From assembly GCA_947459875.1 (NCBI GenBank), contig CANHFG010000005.1:1-53237 (forward strand): 53,237 nt of DNA, given 5' to 3'. The position numbers and the translations under genes were made by a program. This stretch comes from Ignavibacteria bacterium. Its GTDB lineage: Bacteria; Bacteroidota; Ignavibacteria; Kapaibacteriales; Kapaibacteriaceae. This document shows, piece by piece, positions 34,344-44,981 of the stretch. Under the pieces are notes generated by a model. The model worked only from the letters and a program-made list of their open reading frames with translations. It was not told the DNA's origin and ran no database searches. How positions within the stretch are numbered: position 1 is the stretch's first letter; each line of letters starts with the position of its first letter.

Positions 34344-37219
34344 CGAACAAACCGTAGATGTCGGAATTGACGGGATCGTGCGTCCTCGATACGGAGCGTG
34401 TAGGCCCCCTTCTCGAGTGTTGACGCATCAAAGGTCACCTGGCCTTCACCGGAATGAAACCACGAGATTCGCTCACGGCCAAAGACGTCGAACACCGTGC
34501 ATCGTCCCTCCGTGCCCGAGGCACGAACCGTGGCGATGTCCGTGACGGGGTTGGGAATCACAAGTGCTTCGATCTGTACCACATTCTCCTGGCTCACCGA
34601 TACGGGCGAGAGAAACTCACGCAGAAGATCGGACGCGGGCCCCCAATTCGATGCCGAGGCGATCACAACCTTGAATGACCATGTCTGCCCGACCTCAAGG
34701 GGCTTCGTGCGGCGCATGCCAACAACTCCGCAGATATCACCAACGGCCTCATTGAAGGATGCTCCGCCGGAGAGCAATTGAACGCGATCACGGTGTGTGA
34801 AGCCGTCGCTGTCATCGATGATCGTATTCAGGAGGACTCCAACCGACTGTGCACGATCCTCGGCGTCATCGCTGAGAACTGCGACGCAGATCCCACCTCT
34901 TGTGCTCTCCTTGTAGATCACCTGTGCCGCTGCATTCGGTGTCCGCATCGTGGCAGGCAGAGCCTCTGCCAGGGGCTTGATCGTGTTGTCCCTGCCGCCC
35001 GTGGTGATATCCCAGTCCAGCAGATATCCGGCAGCGACCGACGGCAACGGGGCTGATCGGGGCGTGATGCTCACGTTCCAAACCGTGATCGACTTGTCTT
35101 TGAAGGGAAAGCTGCACGTCTGCACCACTTCAACCCCGATCTGGGCAGCAGCTGCAGCGTCGACCATCCGGCACGAAGCCGGCTGCGGCTCAACCTCGAA
35201 CGGCTTTGACGCGATAAAGTCCGACGTATACGGTGGATCATTCCTGAACCCGGTCACGGAGCGGTCGCCACCGTCAACGAGGAAGAACCCGCCGGGCGAC
35301 ATCAATTGGTAGACCGGCTTGTTTACAAAACCACTTCCCTGCCGCGTACTTGCCACCGAATTGTATCCGACCATGCCGTCATCAGACATCGAATAGAGCA
35401 ACGAGTCATTCTCGAACCGCGAGATCGGCGCCGGCAGGTTGAGGTAATGAAAGGCGTAGTCTTGATACGTTTCTCCTAGGAACTCCACACGCATCAGGCA
35501 TGCCTCTGAGCCGATCGCCTTCACCACGAAGGGGAATTGCTTCGAGCGGGCAGTACCGGCCGTTGCGATCGTTCCGAGGTTGTCCCTCTCACGCAGGGCC
35601 TGCAGGTCCCATCCGTTCGCGGTCAGGATACGGGGCTCGATCTCCACCCATGCCGGACCAAGGTCGTTGGCGATCTCAAACTCCAAATAAAGTGTGTCTC
35701 CAACCCGGAAGCGCGTTGGCAGCGGTCCGGATGAAACGGTCTGACGAACCGATGCAATGCGCATCGAGGGCTGGGAAAGGGGCTCAATGGTGACCGCGCG
35801 GAACATGCTCAGGCGCGGAGCAACGTACTGCGAAACGCCCGGATTCACCGATGTGATGTCAATGGCCGTGCGTCGCAGATGGGCTGCCACCTGACGTGCC
35901 GTCAACTGCGGCCATCGCGCACGAACAACCCCCGCAGCACCCGCTACGATGGGCGCGGCAAACGACGTGCCGGCTGTGCCTGTTGATGTGTAGTCGCCTT
36001 CGGGTCGGTCCCCACTGTAGGTGGAGATCGCAAGATTTCCGGGCGCCATCACATAGGAATTCCCGGCCAGTCCGCTGCTACCGATCACAAAGTCATCCGG
36101 CGTAGTCTCGCCTACACCAAGCACACCTTCATAGGACGACGGATAATTGCGCCGGTTATAGGCCGCGCCGGGTACATCGCTTCCATGATTCCCGGCCGAG
36201 GCGACAACAAGAACATTTTTTGCTAGACAGAAGTCGATGACGGACTGATCAATAGCCGACGCTGGCTTGACCACACCCCACGATGCATTCACAACGGGAA
36301 AACCTCGTTCGGCCGCATATATGAGAGACAGATATCCGAACTGGATGCCTCCGGTTGCGCCGGCAGCACCAATCGGGAAGAAACGGGATTTCATGCCCGC
36401 CGAAGCGATACCCTTGCCATTGTCCGTGGAAGCCGCCGCGAGTCCAGCAACCCGAGTACCGTGATCGAATGCCGTTCTCGGCGGTGTTGAGCCCCCTGAA
36501 AAAGCAAAGTCGTACCCACGGAAATCATCAACGTAGCCGTTTGCGTCGTCATCGATCTTGTTATCGGGTACTTCTGCCCTGTTGGCAGCAATGTTGTCCT
36601 TCAGGTCCTCATGGTCCTGATAGCAGCCGTCATCGCTAATGCCGATGACAACCGAGTCCGAACCCTTGAAGATCTCCCACGTCGCATTGAAACCTATGGT
36701 CTGCAGATAGTCCTGCTGTGAAAGGGCCGGGTCGTTCGCTCTGGCATGCAGCTGATCGATCGTCCAGGGTTCGACGATCTCGATCTCCTCCGGGATCACC
36801 TTGCGCAGATAGGCGATCGCCGAGGGCACGTTGCGCGGACCCGTAAACGCGATCGTAAATGTCCGTGTCAGCCGGTCTTCGGCATCACGCAGTTCGTTTC
36901 GCTGAGCCACCCGGGCTGCATTCATCGTCATGCCGGGCTCCGGCGCGATGATCGCCCTTGAGGAGAAGAATTCCGTGCGCTCCGGGGGCAGAAACTGCTG
37001 TGCCACCGTAAATCCATCAGGAAGAACGCGGTTAACCTCGTCGGCCGTGCGTTTTGAGACCATGCGGACATGAAGTCTTCCGGCAACGATCTGAAGCGGG
37101 CGACCACCAAATGAAATCGTTTCGCTCGCTTCCTGCTGCGCGTGAGCGGTGTGCGACAACAAACAAAGCAGTACGATCGGCAGAACGTGGACAACGTTTA
37201 GAGCGAGAAGTTTGGGCAT
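34340..37219 (-). CDS. Secreted S8 serine peptidase with T9SS C-terminal domain (paralog)
   Basis: Signal AHA|QQ; ISDDG / HGTRVAG / GTSFAAP; ASAGN; IPNPVT...GAYTLRI C-terminal domain; ATGA overlap with the next gene. Confidence 0.9.
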   Translation of the reverse strand: MPKLLALNVVHVLPIVLLCLLSHTAHAQQEASETISFGGRPLQIVAGRLHVRMVSKRTADEVNRVLPDGFTVAQQFLPPERTEFFSSRAIIAPEPGMTMNAARVAQRNELRDAEDRLTRTFTIAFTGPRNVPSAIAYLRKVIPEEIEIVEPWTIDQLHARANDPALSQQDYLQTIGFNATWEIFKGSDSVVIGISDDGCYQDHEDLKDNIAANRAEVPDNKIDDDANGYVDDFRGYDFAFSGGSTPPRTAFDHGTRVAGLAAASTDNGKGIASAGMKSRFFPIGAAGATGGIQFGYLSLIYAAERGFPVVNASWGVVKPASAIDQSVIDFCLAKNVLVVASAGNHGSDVPGAAYNRRNYPSSYEGVLGVGETTPDDFVIGSSGLAGNSYVMAPGNLAISTYSGDRPEGDYTSTGTAGTSFAAPIVAGAAGVVRARWPQLTARQVAAHLRRTAIDITSVNPGVSQYVAPRLSMFRAVTIEPLSQPSMRIASVRQTVSSGPLPTRFRVGDTLYLEFEIANDLGPAWVEIEPRILTANGWDLQALRERDNLGTIATAGTARSKQFPFVVKAIGSEACLMRVEFLGETYQDYAFHYLNLPAPISRFENDSLLYSMSDDGMVGYNSVASTRQGSGFVNKPVYQLMSPGGFFLVDGGDRSVTGFRNDPPYTSDFIASKPFEVEPQPASCRMVDAAAAAQIGVEVVQTCSFPFKDKSITVWNVSITPRSAPLPSVAAGYLLDWDITTGGRDNTIKPLAEALPATMRTPNAAAQVIYKESTRGGICVAVLSDDAEDRAQSVGVLLNTIIDDSDGFTHRDRVQLLSGGASFNEAVGDICGVVGMRRTKPLEVGQTWSFKVVIASASNWGPASDLLREFLSPVSVSQENVVQIEALVIPNPVTDIATVRASGTEGRCTVFDVFGRERISWFHSGEGQVTFDASTLEKGAYTLRIEDARSRQFRHLRFVR

Positions 37220-37260
37220 GGCCGGTGGTTTTAGCAGATTGAGTTTTTGTGCACTCCAAC

Positions 37261-38991
37261 ATGTCAGACCAGCAACAGTACATCGTCACGGCCCGAAAAT
37301 GGCGTCCCCTCCGCTTTCATGACGTTGTGGGGCAGGAGCATATTACAACAACCCTGAAAAACGCCATTGCCATGAAGAGGGTGCACCATGCCTACCTCTT
37401 CACCGGCCCGCGCGGCGTTGGAAAGACCACGTGCGCACGAATCCTCGCAAGGGCTTTGAACTGCACGAATCCGACCGATCAGGAGCCATGTAACGCGTGC
37501 GAGAACTGCACGAACATGCTCGAGGGTCGCAACATGGACATCGTCGAGATCGACGGAGCGTCCAACAACAGTATCGATGACATTCGCAAGCTCCGCGACA
37601 ACGTCAAGTACGCTCCAGTATCGGGCGCTTACAAGATGTACATCATCGATGAAGTGCACATGCTTTCAACGGCGGCTTTCAATGCGCTGCTCAAGACGCT
37701 GGAAGAGCCCCCTGCCCATCTGATATTCGTTTTTGCGACCACCGAGATCAACAAGGTTCCGGCTACGATCCTGAGCCGCTGTCAGCGTTTCGACTTCCGT
37801 CGCATGGAGATCGACACCATTGCTCAGCATCTGGCCCACATCGCTGCGGCTGAGAAGATCAGCATCGACGAAGAGTCCCTCATCGCCGTTGCCAAAAAGG
37901 CTGACGGGTCCATGCGCGACTCACAGTCGATCTTTGACATGGTCGTGTCGTTCTGCGGCACGTCGATCACAATTGCCGACCTGGGCCGGGCACTGCAGTT
38001 CATTGATGCCGACTTCTACTTCACACTCAGTGATGCGATCTTGAAGCACGACATTCCGACGATGTTCGAGCAGGCGCGCGTGGTGGTTCAGCGCGGTTAC
38101 GATCTTCAGGAATGTCTCATCGGACTGCTTGAGCACTTCCGCAACATTCTCTCGGTGATCACCACAGGCGGTACGGGGCTTATCGAGGCCTCAAAGGCCG
38201 ATCTGGAGCGCTACAACGATGCCGCGTCGCGGTTCACCAAAGCCGACGTTCTGAGGATCATGACGCTGATCTCCCAGGGAGAAGCGGCCCTTCGTCAGCA
38301 TCCCCCGCAGCCTCGTGTGCGCTTCGAATTCACTCTTGTCCAGCTAGCCGGCATGGACTCGACCGTCGACCTCGGAACGGTGCTGGCGGCGCTGGCCAAT
38401 CCAGCCACCGCGCAACGAAGTGCACCGACCCTTCCGGCATCAATCCCTTCCTCGGCCAATCAGTCAGTGGTGGGCGGTGTGGCCTCGGCCCAACACATGC
38501 CGGTGCGTCTGGGCAATCCCGTTGTTATGCGTGCGTCGCCAACGCCTGTGAGTTCACTTTCGCAATCGAACATCGCCCGACGCTGGTCACAATGGGTCGA
38601 CACGCTCCCCGAGAGTCTGGTCTTCGTTCAGCAATCGGTCCAAAAGAGCCTTGTGCGGGCCGACGTTACCGATGTGGGCATAGTCCTTCACACCACCTCC
38701 ACGGTGTTGCAGCAGCGTCTGAGCGACTCGCTCCCGGCACTCAAGGAGCACCTCGCCGGCACCTACGGCGTAGCTATCGGAGTGAGTGTCGTTCTCAATA
38801 ACCGCCAGCAGGGAGCTCAGCAGGCACAGACGAGTGCTACCCCTGCCACGGCAGCTCGGGCGAACTCCGAGGACCCTACAGGCGTTGAGGCCGTCACAGT
38901 GTCGGTGCAGGGCGGTGAACAGCTGCTTCCGATCGAAGAAAAACTTGTTGAACTGTTTGGCGCGCGCCGCTCAACCGCGCCGAGGAGATAA
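37261..38991 (+). CDS. dnaX: DNA polymerase III subunit gamma/tau
   Basis: ARKWRP, GPRGVGKTT, Zn-binding Cys cluster, IIDEVHML, SRCQRFDF. Confidence 0.96.
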   Translation: MSDQQQYIVTARKWRPLRFHDVVGQEHITTTLKNAIAMKRVHHAYLFTGPRGVGKTTCARILARALNCTNPTDQEPCNACENCTNMLEGRNMDIVEIDGASNNSIDDIRKLRDNVKYAPVSGAYKMYIIDEVHMLSTAAFNALLKTLEEPPAHLIFVFATTEINKVPATILSRCQRFDFRRMEIDTIAQHLAHIAAAEKISIDEESLIAVAKKADGSMRDSQSIFDMVVSFCGTSITIADLGRALQFIDADFYFTLSDAILKHDIPTMFEQARVVVQRGYDLQECLIGLLEHFRNILSVITTGGTGLIEASKADLERYNDAASRFTKADVLRIMTLISQGEAALRQHPPQPRVRFEFTLVQLAGMDSTVDLGTVLAALANPATAQRSAPTLPASIPSSANQSVVGGVASAQHMPVRLGNPVVMRASPTPVSSLSQSNIARRWSQWVDTLPESLVFVQQSVQKSLVRADVTDVGIVLHTTSTVLQQRLSDSLPALKEHLAGTYGVAIGVSVVLNNRQQGAQQAQTSATPATAARANSEDPTGVEAVTVSVQGGEQLLPIEEKLVELFGARRSTAPRR

Positions 38992-38996
38992 CGAAC

Positions 38997-39467
38997 ATGG
39001 CATTACAACCCGGCACCAAGGCTCCGGCAGTAAAGGCACTCACCGACGGAGGGGGCAAGTTTGCTCTGTCTTCGCTGAAAGGATCGTGGGTGGTGCTGTA
39101 CTTCTATCCAAAAGACGACACGTCCGGCTGCACGGCTGAGGCCTGTGATTTCCGCGACTCGATGGCAGACCTGACAAAGCGCGGCGTTTCGGTCGTTGGT
39201 GTCAGTCCCGACAGTCCAGCTTCGCACGACAAGTTCAAAGCCAAATACGACCTGAACTTCACACTCGTTTCCGACGAAGATCATAAGGTCTGTGAGTCCT
39301 ACGACACCTGGAAGCAGAAGTCCATGTACGGTCGCACGTACATGGGGGTAGAACGAACGACCTACGTTATCGATCCGGCCGGGAAGATCGCAGCGACCTT
39401 CGAAAAGGTAAAGGTCAACGGACACGTCGATCAGGTCCGCGCGACTCTTGCTGAGCTGGGTGCGTGA
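38997..39467 (+). CDS. bcp: Thioredoxin-dependent thiol peroxidase (BCP/PrxQ)
   Basis: LYFYPKDDTSGCTAEACDFRD, ERTTYVID. Confidence 0.93.
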   Translation: MALQPGTKAPAVKALTDGGGKFALSSLKGSWVVLYFYPKDDTSGCTAEACDFRDSMADLTKRGVSVVGVSPDSPASHDKFKAKYDLNFTLVSDEDHKVCESYDTWKQKSMYGRTYMGVERTTYVIDPAGKIAATFEKVKVNGHVDQVRATLAELGA

Positions 39468-39470
39468 TCG

Positions 39471-41087
39471 ATGATCGACACGCATGCGCACATTGACACG
39501 AAAGCGTTCGATGAAGATCGTCCGTCAGTCTTGGAGCGTGCCTTCGATTCAGGAATCGAATACATCATCGTTCCTGATATCAAGCCCCCTGCCCGCCCAC
39601 ATTTGAAGAGTGTTGTTGATGCCGACCCGCGGCTGTTTCGCGGAGTTGGTATTCATCCGCATCATGCCGGCGAGGTCGGCCCCGGCGATCTTGACGACGT
39701 ATTGGAGCAGAGCTTTGAGGAAAAGGTCGTAGCCATCGGCGAGATCGGGCTGGATTACTACTATGACTTCTGCCCTCCTGAGACGCAGAAGTCGTACTTT
39801 CGTGAGCAATTGAAGATCGCAAAGTCGCGATCGCTGCCGGTGATCGTCCACAACCGGGAAGCCGACGAGGACGTTCTGCAGATCATCGAAGAGGAGCAGG
39901 ACGGCAGCCTGCGTGGCGTGCTGCACTGCTTTTCCAGCGGCGTGGACGTTCTTGAACGGGCTATCGACCTCGGTTTTCATGTGTCGTTCACGGGCAACAT
40001 CACTTTTGCGCGCTTCACACTACACGATGTTCTGCATCGTGTTCCCCGCGACCGATTCATGTTCGAAACAGACTCACCATACATGACCCCCGTACCACAC
40101 CGAGGCAAGCGTAACGAGCCTGCCTACGTGAGACTGGTAGCGGAAAAATTCTCGGAGATCACAGGAATGACATTATCGGATGTCCTTGATACGACTACCG
40201 CCACTGCCAAGCGCCTTTTTGGTCTGGCGATGGCCCTCATCGTTGTTACGATATCTGCCGTGGCCCAGCCGGTGGCCCCAGATCCGGATAATTACGACGT
40301 CGACTCCGACTATGATGTTGCCTATGAGAACTACCAAGTTGACTCATTGACCTGGGCACGTCTTGTCGCCCCGCGGTCGTTCGGTTTTGGCATCAGCGTC
40401 GGATCGAACACCATCACCGAGCGCCGGGTGTACCAGCAGATTTACCAGCGTGACCTGGCAAAAGGTCCTTTTTGGAGAGACTCCTCTGACTTCGGTGACT
40501 CTGTCACGTCGTTCTCGTATCCATCGATCCTCAGCTTCGGTGGCACCTTTGCATTTCAGGCCAGTGACCGGCTGATGCTGGAAGCCACCTACGTGAACAC
40601 CCGAAACGATAGCAAGCAGCGCCTCTACAATCTGCCGGTCATCACGACGCATATCGCAGAGGCTACGATGCTCTATGCGCTCAATCCCTACAACAAGGTG
40701 AACTTCATTCCACAGATCGGCATGGCATACGCCTACACGGACGACGGCGTGCAGACCATCTCCAAGCTGGGAATCGTTGGCGGGATAGGCGCCGGTGTGG
40801 CCATTCCGACCTCGTTCGGTACGTTCTACCCGATGTTCAATGTGCGGTTCAACTTCATGCTTGGACAGGACCTGAGGCAGGTCGTGCGCACCGAGTTTGT
40901 TGATGAAGAGGATAAGTCGAAGTCGTGGTTTGACCCTTCCATGACGCGGCCCGACCCGCTTGCTCCGAACTCCGGAACGCAGGTGTATTACGATCAGGCA
41001 ACGAACAGGTATTCGCAGGATCTGGCTGACATCACGACGATCTACTCGATCCCACGGCTGACGATCCTGTTCTATCCTAACTTCTGA
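39471..41087 (+). CDS. tatD: TatD family hydrolase fused in frame to an internal signal peptide and a C-terminal outer-membrane beta-barrel-like domain
   Basis: aa 1-250: DTHAH, GIHPH, GEIGLDY, VHNRE, HCFS, ETDSPY, AKRLF. aa 247-265: signal-like segment. aa 266-538: amphipathic strands ending in Phe. Confidence 0.85.
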   Translation: MIDTHAHIDTKAFDEDRPSVLERAFDSGIEYIIVPDIKPPARPHLKSVVDADPRLFRGVGIHPHHAGEVGPGDLDDVLEQSFEEKVVAIGEIGLDYYYDFCPPETQKSYFREQLKIAKSRSLPVIVHNREADEDVLQIIEEEQDGSLRGVLHCFSSGVDVLERAIDLGFHVSFTGNITFARFTLHDVLHRVPRDRFMFETDSPYMTPVPHRGKRNEPAYVRLVAEKFSEITGMTLSDVLDTTTATAKRLFGLAMALIVVTISAVAQPVAPDPDNYDVDSDYDVAYENYQVDSLTWARLVAPRSFGFGISVGSNTITERRVYQQIYQRDLAKGPFWRDSSDFGDSVTSFSYPSILSFGGTFAFQASDRLMLEATYVNTRNDSKQRLYNLPVITTHIAEATMLYALNPYNKVNFIPQIGMAYAYTDDGVQTISKLGIVGGIGAGVAIPTSFGTFYPMFNVRFNFMLGQDLRQVVRTEFVDEEDKSKSWFDPSMTRPDPLAPNSGTQVYYDQATNRYSQDLADITTIYSIPRLTILFYPNF

Positions 41088-41089
41088 CC

Positions 41090-41710
41090 ATGGCCTACAT
41101 CCTTACCGGCACTGCACTGTCGACGGATCTGGCGACCATTCGCGCAAAGGATGCTCCGATCGACGTGTTCCGCACAGCTGTGCACCGCATTGGTCTGCAT
41201 CTGGCCTCGGCAACACTGAATGCTTTGCCATCTCGCTCGGTAAATGTTGCCACACCTCTCGAGACCACGACCTGCTCGGTCATCGATGGACATGTCGTAC
41301 TTGTGCCTATCCTTCGGGCCGGCATGGGCATCCTCGATCCGTTCATCGCCCTGTGTCCGCAGGCATCGGTAGGATTCATCGGGCTGAAGCGCAACGAAGA
41401 GACCCTCGAGCCGCACGAATACTATCGTAACCTGCCTCCATCGGATCCGGCAACGACGTTTATCGTGCTCGACCCTATGCTTGCAACCGGCGGAAGCATG
41501 AGCGCAACTCTTTCAATGCTTCGCCCCCTACCACACCAGCGCCTGATGGCGGCCTGCCTGATCGCTGCTCCCGAAGGTATCGAGATCATCGAGCGGGAGC
41601 ACCCGGATGTGGCCCTCTTCTGCGCTGCGCAGGATCGCGAACTCAATTCACTTGGCTACATTGTTCCAGGTCTTGGCGATGCCGGTGATCGTCTGTTCGG
41701 AACGCTATAA
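41090..41710 (+). CDS. upp: Uracil phosphoribosyltransferase
   Basis: VPILRAGMG, VLDPMLATGGS, GYIVPGLGDAGDRLFGT. Confidence 0.96.
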   Translation: MAYILTGTALSTDLATIRAKDAPIDVFRTAVHRIGLHLASATLNALPSRSVNVATPLETTTCSVIDGHVVLVPILRAGMGILDPFIALCPQASVGFIGLKRNEETLEPHEYYRNLPPSDPATTFIVLDPMLATGGSMSATLSMLRPLPHQRLMAACLIAAPEGIEIIEREHPDVALFCAAQDRELNSLGYIVPGLGDAGDRLFGTL

Positions 41711-41735
41711 TCATTCACCCTGAAAGGAACCCAGC

Positions 41736-41942
41736 ATGACCATTCTTCACTTCGGCGATCACAGCATCCCCTATGCCGATATCCTCAACGCCCGCGTCAA
41801 CTGCAGCTTTAATACGGCAGAAATCTACGTCGACATTGAAGTGCAGGGAGGGGGCGTCATGAGCCTCAATCTGCCTGATTCACTGAGCTTTATGGATGCG
41901 TTCATCGACCACATCCGCAGCGAGAAGAACATTACGAAGTGA
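41736..41942 (+). CDS. Small hypothetical protein
   Basis: 68 aa, AAAGGA upstream, same strand as upp, fills the gap. Confidence 0.5.
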   Translation: MTILHFGDHSIPYADILNARVNCSFNTAEIYVDIEVQGGGVMSLNLPDSLSFMDAFIDHIRSEKNITK

Positions 41943-43098
41943 TGGCTGCCAGGTACTCGCGCACCGATGCGACGAGCCTCTGAAGGTCGTTCTCCGACGT
42001 GTGGAGATGGACGCTGAATCTCAGGATCGGCGCATTATTCCACCGGTGAACAACCACCTCAATACCGCGCTGGTCGTAGAGCCAGTCTTTCATTGCGGCA
42101 ACATCGACATCATCCGGAAGGAGCACGGTCCCGAGCTGAAGCAAAGGGTCTGCTCCTTCCGCTAGTATTGAGCGCACCCCAGCGAGGTTCACCAGCTGCT
42201 GTTCGGTGTGGCTCGTTAGTTCTCGGCATCGACGCTGCACAGCATGCCAGTCAGATCGGTGCATCCATTCCAGCGCAAACGGAAGCGTGAGAAAGGGGCT
42301 GTGATCGCGCGTGCCGAGAAACTCATTCTCGTCAACAAACGCCCCATCCCCAACCGTCGGAATATCGGCTCCCCAGCTTACCACCAGTGGAGGGAGAACG
42401 TGCCGGTATTGCTCAGATGCCCACATGAACGCCGAGCCCTTCGGCGTGCACATCCACTTGTGACAATTGCCGGTATAGAAGTCTGCTTGAAGTGTTGATA
42501 GGTCCAACGGGATGTGACCCGGTATGTGCGACCCATCAATAACGGTAATGATGCCGGCCTGCCTTGCACGCTTGCAGAGCTCTTCGACGGGCATGCGTAG
42601 TGCCGTGGGACTGGTGATGTGACTGATAAACAGCAGTCGTGTTCGCTCGTTCACGCCCGACCAGATAAGCTCCAACAGGTCTGCCTGTGAAGGGGCTGGC
42701 ATGGGTATGCTCACGCGGTTCCACACAGCCCCCTTGCTGATGGCGTACTGCTTCCATGCGCGGTCGCAGGCCCCATACTCATGATCGGTCGTAAGGATCT
42801 CGTCGCCGGGCTTAAGCATTGCCCCGAAGGCATGAGCGGCGATGTTTACGCCATAGGTCGAGTTTGTGACGTACACGAGGTTGCTGGCATCAGCCCCCAG
42901 GTAACCGGCAAGGGCCTCACGTGCAGTGCGCATGTGAAACATGAGCTCACGGAAGTACAGCACCGGCTGACGTTCAAGCCGCTCTATCCAGCGACGTTGC
43001 TCCTCAAGAATCACTCGCGGGCAAGCCCCGAAAGAGCCGTGATTGAGAAAGGTCACATTCTCGTCAAGAAGAAAATCACTTCGGTCGGGCATGTTCAC
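41932..43098 (-). CDS. PLP-dependent class V aminotransferase (isopenicillin N epimerase / cysteine desulfhydrase-like)
   Basis: FLNHGSFGACP, TDHEYGA, IDGSH, GNCHKW (PLP lysine), GTRD. Alternative start ATG 43092. Confidence 0.9.
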   Translation of the reverse strand: MNMPDRSDFLLDENVTFLNHGSFGACPRVILEEQRRWIERLERQPVLYFRELMFHMRTAREALAGYLGADASNLVYVTNSTYGVNIAAHAFGAMLKPGDEILTTDHEYGACDRAWKQYAISKGAVWNRVSIPMPAPSQADLLELIWSGVNERTRLLFISHITSPTALRMPVEELCKRARQAGIITVIDGSHIPGHIPLDLSTLQADFYTGNCHKWMCTPKGSAFMWASEQYRHVLPPLVVSWGADIPTVGDGAFVDENEFLGTRDHSPFLTLPFALEWMHRSDWHAVQRRCRELTSHTEQQLVNLAGVRSILAEGADPLLQLGTVLLPDDVDVAAMKDWLYDQRGIEVVVHRWNNAPILRFSVHLHTSENDLQRLVASVREYLAAITS

Positions 43099-44981
43099 TA
43101 TCGTGCTATCGATGCGCGTACGCTGCGGTTGGAAACTCGGCCCATCGGGGTTCGATTCGCATCGTCTTCCGTCACGTCGATGCGAACGTTCAAGCGCTCA
43201 GACCGGACCCCTATCAGAGCCACTATTGCCTGCGCACGTTTCTGTGCCAACTGTCTGTTTGACTCTATGGTGCCGATATTATCGGTCGAGGCCACAAGGG
43301 TCACACTCGCTCCGCTTCGCAGAGCATTGCGGACAACATCCAGTTGCGACTGGCTGACCATCCTGGGCGTTGAACTGTTAAAGTCGAAATAGCTCAAGGT
43401 GACAAGCTCCTCACCCTGACGTCCGTCCAGTCGACGTACGTCAATTGATTCGTCGGCAATGCCCTCAACAATTGCGCGAAGGGTCGCATCACTCGAGCGC
43501 ACATCACCGACGGCGGCAGACGAACGCAACTCAAGTGTTGCCGCTGCTGTCGAGAGCATCGTCGTATCGATGATAACACTATAGGCCGGCCCCGTTCCAA
43601 CGATGGGAAGGGGCTTGCCATTGAGCGATGCCGTGACCGACTCAGTGCAGGTCGTGTCACACGTAAGAACGTGGGCAAAGCTCACCGTACCGGCAACGCG
43701 CGACACCTGTACCGTGGCGTCTCCCGCTGTTAGCAGGGCGGGTTGATCGTTGATCAGAAAGCTAACGTTCCGCTGCTCATCTAATCGTTCAGTCTCCTCC
43801 GGTTGCGGAGGATTTTCAGTCTTGACCGAGATGCGTGAGTTATCGATCCCGAGCTTGCGTATTGCCCACGCATAGCGCTCACGTGCAAGAACCGCCGGCT
43901 CATCGGCTGCGGCCGAGCCGATGATCGTCAGTCGCGCCGACGGATCATCATTCATCGCCGTCCGCACGGCGTCAATCACCCGCTGTTGAATCTGCTCGCG
44001 CTCTGACTCGCCGGCAAGAGGCGAGGTAGAGTTTCGCTCGAAAAACATCACTGACGGTACCGAAAAGAGACGCCGAATTTCCTTGCGCTTGAGCATCGGC
44101 AGCACGATCGTGTCGGATGTATTCGGCAGCTCAAGACGCGAGATCACCGTTGGCACACGAACAACAGCCGGTGGCGGTGGCGGCGGTGGCGGTGGTGGCG
44201 GTGGAGTAGGGTTTTGCTTCCGAATACCATAGCGCACCGATGCACCGAACTGGATGGAAGCAGCAGACCAGCTCAAACTCGAAGTCAGGTCCGTCAGTCC
44301 GTACAGCACACTCAACTGTGGCGATACTTCTAGTCCACCCGTGGTGGCCATCGGCCACGATACCGCAAGCGTTGCGAGCATCTGCACGGATGTGTTGGGA
44401 AGATCACCGCTGTAGATATTCCTGGTCCGTGCGCCATCAACGAACGTCACACCCGCATCGGTAGGCTCGATCAGTTCCTCCTGCTGCGAGAAGGTTGCGC
44501 TCATCGGCAGTCCTATCATTCCGCCGATTCGAACACGAAGCGGAAGAGACGACAATGGCCGGGCACTGACGAATGGCTCTATGCCAAACACAGCGTAGGA
44601 TGCATCAACCGTGTGGCGGGATACGCCATCCGAGACCGTGTTGCCCTGAATGACGAAGGAAGTGAACTCATCTTCGACAAGTGAAGCAGACAGATCAGTC
44701 CAGGAAAGACGAGCTCCTATGCGCACCGGCTCGCCTCCGATGAACGTGCCCAGATCGTATGTCACAGCAGCGCCGATTGCCGGTCCAATACCATTGCCGC
44801 TCGTGAAGGTTGCACAGCACGACGGGAACCGAGGATCCAGAAGGCGAAAACCGGCCGAGTGAACGTTATAGCCCGCTGCAACATCGGCCTGCAAGCCGAG
44901 GCGCGTCAGCGACGTGTCTCGCTGCGCCACTGCAGCGTGCATTCCAACCAGAGCAATCAGACAGGCAAGTCGTAGTATCAT
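43098..44981 (-). CDS. OmpA-family protein: N-terminal beta-barrel, poly-Pro linker, OmpA-C-like domains
   Basis: Signal AVA|Q; run of 12 Pro; FDFNSS...STDNIGTIESNRQLAQKRAQAI...NRSV. Confidence 0.82.
   Translation of the reverse strand: MILRLACLIALVGMHAAVAQRDTSLTRLGLQADVAAGYNVHSAGFRLLDPRFPSCCATFTSGNGIGPAIGAAVTYDLGTFIGGEPVRIGARLSWTDLSASLVEDEFTSFVIQGNTVSDGVSRHTVDASYAVFGIEPFVSARPLSSLPLRVRIGGMIGLPMSATFSQQEELIEPTDAGVTFVDGARTRNIYSGDLPNTSVQMLATLAVSWPMATTGGLEVSPQLSVLYGLTDLTSSLSWSAASIQFGASVRYGIRKQNPTPPPPPPPPPPPPAVVRVPTVISRLELPNTSDTIVLPMLKRKEIRRLFSVPSVMFFERNSTSPLAGESEREQIQQRVIDAVRTAMNDDPSARLTIIGSAAADEPAVLARERYAWAIRKLGIDNSRISVKTENPPQPEETERLDEQRNVSFLINDQPALLTAGDATVQVSRVAGTVSFAHVLTCDTTCTESVTASLNGKPLPIVGTGPAYSVIIDTTMLSTAAATLELRSSAAVGDVRSSDATLRAIVEGIADESIDVRRLDGRQGEELVTLSYFDFNSSTPRMVSQSQLDVVRNALRSGASVTLVASTDNIGTIESNRQLAQKRAQAIVALIGVRSERLNVRIDVTEDDANRTPMGRVSNRSVRASIAR

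Noticed and set aside
37261-38991. Programmed -1 frameshift in dnaX
   Set aside because: No A AAA AAG or long A run was seen after domain III; the A5G near 37894 lies inside the essential core.
44168-44210. GGT/GGC microsatellite
   Set aside because: It encodes the poly-proline linker of the OmpA-family protein with mixed codons.
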